Positions 12,740-22,818 of a stretch of 64,000 nt of DNA are shown here, piece by piece; positions within the stretch are counted from its first letter, which is position 1; each line of letters opens with the position of its first letter. A program made the translations under genes and the position numbers. The notes beneath the pieces are model-generated. The model saw only the letters and a program-made list of their open reading frames with translations, did no database searches and was not told the DNA's origin. Source of the DNA: Klebsormidium nitens (taxonomy: Eukaryota > Plantae > Klebsormidiophyceae). The DNA lies in the NCBI GenBank assembly GCA_000708835.1, contig DF237004.1, positions 69,480 to 133,479 on the forward strand, given 5' to 3'.

Positions 12740-14834
12740 ATGATCAGCAATCTCTCTCGCGTCTGCCAGGCCAAGGAACCCTCGGGCAATGCAGATAGTG
12801 GTGCTCCTTGTTGGACCTGGCTGGCCGGCGGTCTGGCGTTCGGCAGCTTGACATCGTTAGGAGTCGGCTACTACCTTGGAAAGAAAAAGGAGGAGCGTGC
12901 TCAGCAGAAGAGAGAGGAGAAGCAGCAGCAGGCCAAGGAGGAGGACGCAAAGTTGCGCCAGAGGACAGTCATACCGGGGGACTTCAAGGAGTTGAACGAG
13001 GGGATTGTCCGGTTGATACGCGCGGAAGTTTGCAGTCTGACAGAACAGCTCAGCCAGGCGCTTGAGAAGAAGCAGGCGCTGATGCGGGAGAAGGAGGCGG
13101 TGGAGGGGTGCAGGAATGCGGAGTGGGGCTGGTGGTCGAAGCAGCTGGGGATGAAGTCACATGTGAGCCAGCGCCTAGACTCTTTAAAGTTAAACGTAAC
13201 CAGCCTCAGATTTCTGCATTACAGAAATTGCTGGTGTACCATACTATACTGCTGGGTAGATTGCTCCTTAGCTTTTTTTGAGTAGGACATCAATTGGAAA
13301 GCGATCAGAGTTGCCTTCATGTGAGCCCCATTGGTAAAGAGTGAGGCTACTAGTTTCTGGACGCTGGGCGGTAGTGTGCGTTTCACTCTTTTGCAGACTG
13401 GTCTTCCTGCTTGGTCTGGTAAGCTAGATGTGATTGCTGGGTTGAGCCATTTGTCTAATGCAACTCTGTTTTTTCCCCTTGTCGAATCCATGCGATTCAG
13501 GAATCCATGCGACTCATTGAGAGGGGTGCGCAGGCCTTCTCAGGTTTTTTGGTTGGCGCTTGTGGTGCACTTGTTGAATTTTAGTTAACTTATTCCAGCA
13601 TCCGCCCTCTTCAGTCTTTTGCATTGAAACGCTTCCAGTTTCCTGGATTATGCTGTGCCTTCTTCTTTTGAGGGGAGACTCTCTGCGATTGCATCTATGC
13701 TCAGTACTAGATTGACCAAGAGTTGTTGATTAGATTGCTAACCAAAGCATGACCAGAGCCGCGCCCTCCAGGTCATCAATGCTCAGTATTAAATTCTCTG
13801 AAACTTTGTTTAGATTGCTAAATCCGCATAGCAAAACAAGAGCCGTCCTTCCCCAGGTTATAAAGCCATCAAGACATGCGCTACTGCACCACCAAATCGA
13901 CATGGACGTTTGTGTTGAGAGGATCCACGAGTTGAAGAAAAAGATAGCGGAGCTCCAGTCCTATCTGGATCGAGGGGAACCAGTCTTACGGCTGTCTCAG
14001 GACCTGGAAAACGCACCAGAGGTCTTTACGTGCCCCATCACTTTCGTAAGTCATCCTCAGCGAGTGCTGTTTGGGAGCCTTAGCAGTGCTTTGAGTTTGT
14101 ACCTGGGTGCATTGTGTTTGATTTTGCAACTCGAAGAGACAAGGGTCTGCTTGCGTCTTCTACTAGCGCATGAAGGATACGTGTCAGAGCCTAGAACTTT
14201 TTTCCCTAAAGCACAGGGCCAGTCCTTCGTCTTACTTTCCTCAAGTCCCGTCCGTTTCCTTTCATCCCCGTTCCACGCCTTGACCACTGCCGCACCCTCT
14301 TTCGACCTTGTTTCTCCGACAACATAACGTCATGGCTTTTTTTCCAACATGACAGTGTAGTCAGTCGTTACACACGCCCCGCTCACATCTTGTAGAACTG
14401 GATTCTGTGAGTATTAAGCTTCTTGCCAGTCAATTCATTGCACCGTGCAAGAACACATGGAATCCCGTAAACCAGATGTCTGCGCACTCCACACCTGAAT
14501 CCCTTCTACCCCCCCGAGCTAACCCCACCCGTTCCCAGGCTTGACAGTATGACTCGTAGCGCTTTTGTTTTAGGAATCGAGACTTCTCGCTTCTCATGAA
14601 AGGCCCGCCCTGTTCCTTCAGGACGTCATGGACTCGCCGGTGGTCGCTTCGGACGGGTACACGTACGAGGAGGGCAGCATCCGGAAGTGGCTTCGAACGA
14701 GCCGAGTGTCGCCCAAGACCAACGAGGATATGCATAGCACTCTGCTGCAGCCCAACAATTCCCTCCGCCTTGCGATCAAGAGCTGGCGGGAAGAGGTGCA
14801 CGCAGGTCACAGCAAGATGTCCGGAGAATTGTGA
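12740..14834 (+). CDS. U-box E3 ubiquitin ligase with N-terminal TM helix and coiled coil
   Basis: Exons 12740-13162, 13857-14045, 14622-14834 (all phase 0, GT-AG). Spliced U-box: APEVFTCPITF|DVMDSPVVASDGYTYEEGSIRKWLRTSRVSPKTNEDMHSTLLQPNNSLRLAIKSW. Hydrophobic WTWLAGGLAFGSLTSLGVGYYLG is followed by KKKEERAQQKREE. Confidence 0.88.
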
Positions 14835-15548
14835 CGCTTTAGGAAAAGATACATGTGACACTGCCGTGCGGGCTGGCCATGTTAACGTTGACATTGGAAC
14901 TAGATTAAAGTCAAATGTTTGCGCTGAAGTCTGGGTCAGGTTGAGTCGAGGTTCTGGTTAGGGCATTTGCTTTAGTGGTAGGTAAGTGGTCACATTTGGC
15001 AGGCTAGCCATGTGATTGTTAAGCTTTGGTATACGCAGATCAAGGGACAGCAAAGCCAGTCGAGCTCGTGCAGGTAATTGGAGTCCACTGACGGCCCGGC
15101 CAATCGTGGCTAAGTAGTGTACAGAAGCTTCTTTGAGTCGTGTATATGCAGTCTGTGCCATAGGCCCGTAGCTTTGATTGATAGATTGAAACGGCAGGTC
15201 TGTACAGGTTGGAGGGATCCCTTAAGTCTTGATAAAGTTCAATTCTTGCAGGAGACAAAGTTATTACTCGATCCAGACGTACCTCATGATCTGGATCGAC
15301 CAATGAATCAACAATCTGCGCGAGGCCGGATTCTGTGCTAGCTCTTGCATCCAGCGACTGAGTCGGTGGATTGATTGGCAGGTTGGGGCGCATCGACCAC
15401 AAATGTTGCTTCCAAGACATGCCTGACTGAACCAGAGTGCAGCGACCAAAGACGCATGCATGTGTGTCAAATACACACCACCGTCCGTACTCAACGACTT
15501 GGAATATGCTAACCTTTTACTTAAACTTGAGAGGATCGATCGAAGCGC

Positions 15549-15584
15549 CGCCCTGTTGAAAGATCATGATCTTTCAACAGGGCG
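15549..15584. repeat. Perfect 36-bp palindrome CGCCCTGTTGAAAGATCA|TGATCTTTCAACAGGGCG
   Basis: The two arms are exact reverse complements. It lies in the intergenic region between convergent genes. Confidence 0.95.
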
Positions 15585-16293
15585 CTGACCAGCCTTTAGC
15601 GCGCTGATGTACGCGCGCTGATGTTCATGCACTCGGAGCGCTACCGCCCATGTGAGAATTCATGATGTATCTTAGTAGCTAGCATGAATGATCCTATAGG
15701 CCCGGACCGATCGCAGGCTACAACCTTATATTGTGGCGGATATGATCATATATACCGCCATTTAACGAGCCTTACGTTGTCTATGTACACAAATTTGATG
15801 GAGATTAGATCCGGCCTTAATTTAACATGGGCCGGTGAGCATGTGTGATTTGAGCACTTGAATGGCGCATATTTCCTAGCGAATGCCTCGTGCTGCCGCC
15901 ATCTCCAAACTCCATTAAAAGTAGGAGTTGAGCTTCACGTTACACTCTCTCCGTGTTGGTTCAGCTCAAGTTATTTCTTAGTATAGAAGTGGCAATCCGG
16001 TTTGTAGATCCACACAAACAAAAATGTAGGATACTATAGTAGCAACTGTATCAAGTGATCATTACACTGCGCAAAGGTCTTCTGATGTCGTAACTGGAAG
16101 TGTCGATTATAGAAGAGCGATCGCGCTGCTACCTCATCCCCAATGCAAACTTGCAAAAGTGACTGGCAATTTCTACACAAATTTCCCGGCGCAGGTAGGA
16201 CTGCAAGTCTATCTTCGATATTTCTCTCTTCTATCGACGCTCCGTTTCTACTTGACCAATCTCTAGCTACGCCTTTCTTTGCTCCACCCGTCT

Positions 16294-19200
16294 TCAGCGG
16301 TCCTCCCCTCCCTTCTTCTTCCTATACCTCCCCCCATAGGTCGGCGGAGCGTATTGCGGGGGCGAATAGGACTGCGGACTGGGGGGCGAGTAATACTGGG
16401 GACTCGGGGGAGAATATCCGCTCGGAGGAGAGTAACCGGTCGGGGGGGAGTAACCGGTCTGAGGGGGGTAACCGGGAGACGGAGACAGGTAACCGTCAAA
16501 GTTCGCCTCGGGCGGGGCTCCCGTGTCGGGAGCCGGAGGCTGGCTGACGGTCGGGGGGCGCGGCTGGAAGGGAATTCCCCCGAGGCGCTCGTTCGTGTTT
16601 GTGTCCGCCAAACCGGTTCCGTCGAAGGGCGGGTAAACAGTCCCCGGGCGGGTGCTGCCATAAACCGGGCCCAGGGGGCAGGGCAGGTTGATGCGCCCAT
16701 TCACACCGTTGGGGAAGAAGCCGCCCTTGCCGTCCTTGGAGCCGAAGGTGAGGATGCTCAGGACCTGCGGTAAAAAAGGCGACATTGGTGAGAAAAAGCG
16801 CGAGGTGAAACAGGCGCCACGAATACACCGCCGAAGTGGTCAGGAAAGACCGTTGGCGCTCTTAGCGAGGTGCAAAACGATATCGGCGCACGCAGAGAAG
16901 TCGGAAGCCTTTCCGACTTCTCTGCGTGAGAAAAAGCCCTTCGACGTCCTTGGAACTGAGGTTGAAAAGCCACCAGGCGACTTTCTCGAAGCTTGCTCTG
17001 CCTGAGATCCCTGTCAGCCAAACGAGAATAGAATATGAACGAGCAACTTCGAGAAGGAAGGACGAGGTGCTATGCGAACAAACCTCTTTCGCATCTGCTG
17101 CGCTCTTGGCAAAAGAAAGGAGTCCGCCCAGTACTCATCCGGGTTAAGACTCCAAAAATGGGGTTTACATGTTCAAATACGACCGTCTACATTTCTCGTA
17201 CCTGCTGCGGCGTGCGGGAGAAGGTGACACCGTTTCCGTCAGTGGGCACGATGTTGATCCCGCCGTCGAAGAACAATCCCTGGTCGTCATTCTGTAAGGG
17301 AACGAGGGATGTGAATGAAGGCTGATCATCTTTCTTCGATAGAAAACCATCCATGTAACAGCAAAAAGCGATCTTAAAGACAGCCGGATATTGAGACGAC
17401 AATCCGACTCGCTCTCGTTTCGTCGTGGATAGGAACGGGGGCTCAAGCTTGCTTCTCTTCCAAAATTTTCTGGAGTCAGGTGACGTGGGGGTAACTGTAG
17501 ATTGTCTGACCGATATCCTAGCAACCATTCTAGTTTTGAACACGTCAGCCGCTTAATGATATGCTCAGAAGACGGCCCGTAGCGTACGAACACACGCCGT
17601 TCGTAGGGCCGCTTCAATAAGCTCATTCTGAGGATAAAACCCAGAAAGGTTTTCTCTTGATATAAGAGTGAACTGCCATAACTTCTACTTGATTGCATTT
17701 GCCCACGAAAAACCCGTAACCCAAAAGTTCTAAGTCCTGACTTCCCAAATCCCTTGAACCCTCACCTGCGGACCGTCCAGGCTGTCGCGGTACTGGGAGA
17801 TCGCCTCCACGACTTGCGCGACCGTCAGGTTGAACGGCGGCACCGGTTGATCGCGCCGCTCCCACAGAATGTAGCGCTGCGCTGCGGACTGGTAGCCAGC
17901 CGACGACGCCAAACCCGCGGCGCCGTCGCGGAGGGTCGCGTTCTCAATCAGCACCGTAATACCCTGTATAAAGGAACAAAAGCTTGCATATATAAGGTTC
18001 CAGTTGTCGATCGAAGCATTGTGATGCCGTGTATTGAACGAAAAGCTTTGGATCTGATTCTAGGCACGGATTAAATTTTCGGGGACCTTCTAAACACCTC
18101 TAATTTTACAGATGGTTTGACCAACAAAACTCGGCAGTCGACGCCAAACACGGGGCGCCGTCGCGGAGGGTCGCGTTCTCAATCAGCACCGTAATGCCCT
18201 GGGCGACACAAGCAGAAGATTTTGGACGTGACATTAGAGACAGAATAGCGTTCTGTGTTTTGCAGGTTTTTGAGAGTCATAGGTGGTCTAACAAACGAGG
18301 ATTGACGGGCGACGTTAAACCCGCGGCGCCGTCGCGGAGCGTCGAGTTCTCGATCAGCACCGTGATGCCCTGTTTTCAGAGTAAGATGCTTTAATCGGTT
18401 TGAAGCCAAAACGAGTTACGCGTCTCGGAACCGGTCAAGAAACTCGAATAATTTCTATGGGTGCTTTGCGAAAAAAGACTCGGCAGGCATTCAGTCCTCG
18501 GTGTGACGTCCGGGTTGCATTCGAACCGAGGGGACCCTGCTGGGAATCTGAGAACATTATTGATCGGGAGAGTGTATCTTCTGTGGGCAGTCGCTTATTG
18601 TAAGGAGAAATTTTGTGATTGGATTGGTATTTTTTGTCGCTTTGTTTGAATCGTTCTTGCAACCATCGCACACGGTTCTTGACCGTTGATCCTCCCTATC
18701 CATTGGTGCAGCCTGCAATCCATATTTTGAACGGACCGGAACGGAAGTTGCACACTTACTAGGGGAGCCACAAGGCACCATACTCAGAAACACTTTCATA
18801 GGCTCGTTTTTATGGGACGCAATCCGAGACACATCACGTTTTTCACATACCCCTCTCGTCCATCATTCTGAGCGGTTTACAAGAAGATCAGAACGAGCAT
18901 ATTCGGACGCCCAAAAACCACAGAAGATTGTGACAAGCATATTCGGACGCGCAAAAAGCCCAGACTCGGACGCTTTCAAACGGCCCCCCCACCTTGTCCC
19001 CAGTGGCCCCGATCTCCTCGAGCGACCATATCGCGATGAAGACGGTGACGTCATTGGCGTAGGGGTCGAAAAACGGGGGCCCAGCGTATTGGGGGCCGAA
19101 CTTGAGCACGACCGCGTTCCCGACAAAGTCGGCGAAAGCGCTGGCGTTGATCAGGGGGCAGGGCGAGGCGAAGCCGCCGATCGCCGAGCGGATCAGCCTG

Positions 19201-21540
19201 ACAAGGAGAAGAAGTAGGGGTTCGCGGTCTAATAAAACAGACTCGGCTAGGTTTGCGCCGTTAAGGACTGCGAGAGAGGATTTGCTCGCAACGAGGTGAA
19301 GCCGCCAATCGCCGAGCGGATCAGCCTGCCAAGGCGGACAGGTAGGGTTGGGTTAAGAGGATCGATGAAACCGGTTCGACTGGGTTTGCAACGCTGGAGA
19401 GTGAGAGAGAGGATCGGCTTGCAAGAGTGGGGAAGATTGACCTGCGGATCAGCTTGAATATGAAGGATAATTTAGTCGATGACGTTGCTGAGCAATGAAA
19501 AAATGTCTCCGTCGTCAGCCCGGGAGAAGATTTTGAAGCCAACGCGGGAGAATTGCTATGGCGACAGAATGGACTTTGATGCAGGCTAATAGTTGTCAAT
19601 ATGGACGATTCAGAAATCGTACAGATACAACGATTGATTTCCCAAATGAGACTGGCAAGGGGAGAGGTTTTGAGGCCGAATCTGGCTGGACAGGAAAAAC
19701 GGGGCGCAGAACAAAGTACTTCTCACGCAAAGAAACGTGCGCGAGCGCGCAGAAGGAAGCAACACGCGCGCACAGATTGCCGCTAACACCACGCGCGCGC
19801 ACACCTGACGTGGCCCGCCTCGTCGCGCGCGGTCTCCTGAGCGAACGGCAGCAGCTCGGGGGAAATATTTGCCCGGGCGGCGCCGATCAGGGGGGGCCCT
19901 CCGGCGACCAGAGAAGGGTGGAGCGGGACTCCGAAGGTCGCCCACGCGTCGAACTCGGCTTCCAAGCACTCGGTGTTAATCAGGAAGTTGTACAGGTCGA
20001 AGTCGGTGTAGCTCTGTTTCGCTCCGGCGCCGCCTGAACGAAAAGGGCGGAATGAGAGCGGAGTGACTTGGAAGAAGTGATTACAGGTGGGGAGGGTCTG
20101 ATCGAAATGAGGCTGTACAAACAGAAGGGCACTTAAAAACCTTGAGAAAGTTTTGAGGAATCGCTGAGTCGACCGCAATTCCACGAGGCAGGGACTCGTG
20201 AAGATGCTACGGAACCGAAAGCGTACTGAAAGATCCCAACGTTTCCGCAAACACCTGCTATCCGCCAGACGCGTTTTCGAAAGAGTCCCGCAGAAAACGC
20301 GCCCAGAAACCAAGCAGGAACCCATGATCGGGCGATGCTTCGACCAAAGTTTTCCAACAAGAGCATTCGAGATTTGCTAATCCTTGCAAATGAAAGCACC
20401 GCAGCCCACATCCCGTGTAGATCAAAGTGGTCTGCGGCCAATAGACGGCTCTCGCGAGTTATTTGTCGCGTAATTCCCTGACATATTCCGTTTCATTTCT
20501 CGCCAACTTTGAATCATGTCAAAGGAAGCTCAAAATCAATCCGCCCACTTCACTCAATTCCGAGACGTTTCAGAGGAGTGTGAGAGTAGTCAGCCCATGT
20601 TCAATCACAGAATATAATATTGAACATAAGTGAAATCGGCGAAACTCACCGGCCGCTTGGAGCCACGTGCTCTGGACGAAGGTGAAGTCCGGGAGAACCT
20701 GGCCGTTGGTCACGATGGGCGGCTGCCCGGGGAGCGAGTTCGTCTGCTGCGCCGCGGCCGGCCCCGCGGCCGCCAGCGCGAGGGCCACGGCAAGGATGCA
20801 CGCGAGCTGCAAACAGAGCGGATGGTTTGCATGAAATGTGGGTCTAATCAGGAGAACTGAGTTCAGCCGGAAAGATCAACTTTCGCTTGAGTCCTTCAAT
20901 CCACGATCATCGAGGTTCTGCAAGAGGGTATAAAGGTAGAACTAGGTAGCCCCATTTATCTCCTGTATGACCGAGAACTTGGAGGAGAAAGGATATGTGG
21001 GATAGCCCCCCTGGACCCCCCGGTTTTGGTGCTTAAATCTAAGGAGTGGCGTTTGTTTGACTTAAACCACCAGCCCAGCAGACTACGTCTTAGTCGAAGC
21101 ATCACTTGCATACATGTGAAACACAGAGGGTTTGGGAACAAGAACATCAAAACTACATCAATTTGCGCTTCTGTGAAGCGCATGTAACCATCATAAACCC
21201 ACAGAACCTGTGTAATAGACCATGGAACAAATCCGTATGAACTCAAGAAGAGGAGACCACCACGTAGATCGATTTCGAACCCAAGAGCTTTCAGGAGAGG
21301 AAAACAAATGAGGCCATGACACGAACCCAAAAGCCCATTTGAGGAGGCGAAGGCGCGTCTGCAACACTCCTCCAAACAGACGAGACCCTATTGGCTTATC
21401 GATTGAAAGGAGGTCAATTCCCAGAACATTCTGAAGCCAATCAGCTTTCTTGCATACAACGTACCAGCTCAACAATTGGCACGATACTGCTCTAAGATCG
21501 ATCCAACCACGACTCTGATCGCCCATTGACTGACCGCCAT
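16294..21540 (-). CDS. Secreted PCC13-62-like desiccation-related protein (ferritin-like, Ferritin_2 type), paralog A, with extensin-like Ser-Pro-Pro-Tyr tail
   Basis: Exons 21540-21535 (ATG GCG|gtcagt), 20806-20650 (signal peptide LACILAVALALAAAGPAAA), 20033-19805 (DFDLYNFLINTECLEAEF...GGPPLIGAARANI...RDEAGHVR), 19197-18993 (FFDPYAND), 17963-17766, 17291-17202 (NIVPTDGNGVTFSRTPQQ), 16763-16294 (VLSILTFG..KGGFFPNGVNG). This matches the recalled PCC13-62 motif order. Confidence 0.85.
16345..16485 (-). repeat. Coding tandem repeat encoding (G/Q)YSPP(T/S) units
   Basis: Translation PGYPPQTGYSPPTGYSPPSGYSPPSPQYYSPPSPQSYSPPQYAPPTY. Confidence 0.9.
18125..19330 (-). repeat. Intronic echoes of exon 5' ends in PCC13-62-like paralog A
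   Basis: Acceptor-retaining copies start at 18198 and 18369 (of the exon starting 17963). A copy of the exon-19197 start lies at ~19297-19330. Confidence 0.85.
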
Positions 21541-22038
21541 TGTGAAGAAGCCCCGACCACGTACCTCCATTTCTCCTGCCTTCCACGCCTGGCAAGAGGG
21601 AGGAGCGCGACGGGTGAGTGGATCGAACTGGTAGCAAGACGCGGTACAGAGCGCCTTTTCTGCCGGTGGACGTGGTTGTGCAGTGGAAGGCGGGGAAGCT
21701 GCTGCGGGGCAAATCGACGGCGGCCAACAAAGCGCTGCTTTTTGGAGCAGTTGAAGCTGAAACTGACCTCTGATGCGGGTTTTCGAAGTCCTTGTGGGCA
21801 TTCCAGACACTCCTGCACTGTGACCTTTGAGACAAGTCTACTCTAAAGAAAAATCAAGTATGGTCTTATCGGATGGAGTAGGCTCTGTCGCACTCTTCGA
21901 CTTTCGCAGTCAGTGAAGGACTCACCGAGTGCGCAGGGCGCTCTTCAGACAACTGGGAAATGACGTCAGCAGAATCTTGCAAGTGCAGGGCGGCGACGGG
22001 TTTGTCAGTTTCAGGCTGCCCATCTGCTTCGTTTCAAA

Positions 22039-22046
22039 GCCACGTG
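22039..22046 (-). promoter_or_regulatory. G-box/ABRE-like element (ACGTGGC on the coding strand) upstream of paralog A
   Basis: GCCACGTG ~500 bp upstream of the ATG at 21540. Motif match only. Confidence 0.3.
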
Positions 22047-22337
22047 AAATAACAGGCTTAGAAGCGCGAAAAACTTGTCTGCTCTGTGTTTCGTGTCTGA
22101 AAGTCACGTGCGGCGAATTGCATGCAAGGCAGCGGATAAGGCAGCATCGTCGGCTCACTTTTTTCAGGTTTATCCCGTTCCGTAGTGCGTTTCTGTTCGT
22201 CCGTTCCGGCGGATGCTTAAAGCGCATCCAACGGAACGGAAGGTTTCGTAGCAGTTTCAGGAAATGCAGACATGTTTCGTCATTTCATAGTGTGTACTAA
22301 GTGCAGTGAAGTTTTGGCAAGTTACATGAATAGTACG

Positions 22338-22355
22338 TGATAATGATCATTATCA
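22338..22355. repeat. Perfect 18-bp palindrome TGATAATGATCATTATCA
   Basis: Exact reverse-complement arms, between the 3' end of paralog B and the promoter of paralog A. Confidence 0.9.
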
Positions 22356-22818
22356 AAATAGCGGAGTGATAGTTGCATAATTTGCATCAGAACAATGCTT
22401 ATGCGTTTGAGACTGTAGTGATTTAGGGAAAGTGAGGTATGATGTAGCAGACCATTGAGGTGTTTTTGTCACTGTATACTATTCCAGAGATGCAGCTTTG
22501 CGTGATGATTGCTGAGCCAAGATAGATTTGTGAATGTTCTGCGGCCTTTATACAGGCAATTGTTATGTAATGCTGTTCTTGTCTTGTGGACCGTATCAAA
22601 ATGAGTCCTTTTCGGGTCAACTTCAAACACACGCAATGGAAGTAAACTCTCGTGAACTGAGGAAGATTTCTCCTCAATCCTGACGGTCACTCTCAGCGTT
22701 GATATATTGTCTACTCTGCAAACTCTGCCGTGCACTCTTACAGTGACAGCACCTTATTGTCTAAACAGAATTCAACTCCGGGTGTCTTCACCGTCCCTGG
22801 TACTTTCAAAAGTTCAAC

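Noticed and set aside
18885-18980. Short ~40-bp intronic tandem repeats (GCATATTCGGACGC) and similar micro-duplications at ~47795-47830 and ~48345-48400
   Set aside because: Ordinary slippage-type duplications with no further structure.
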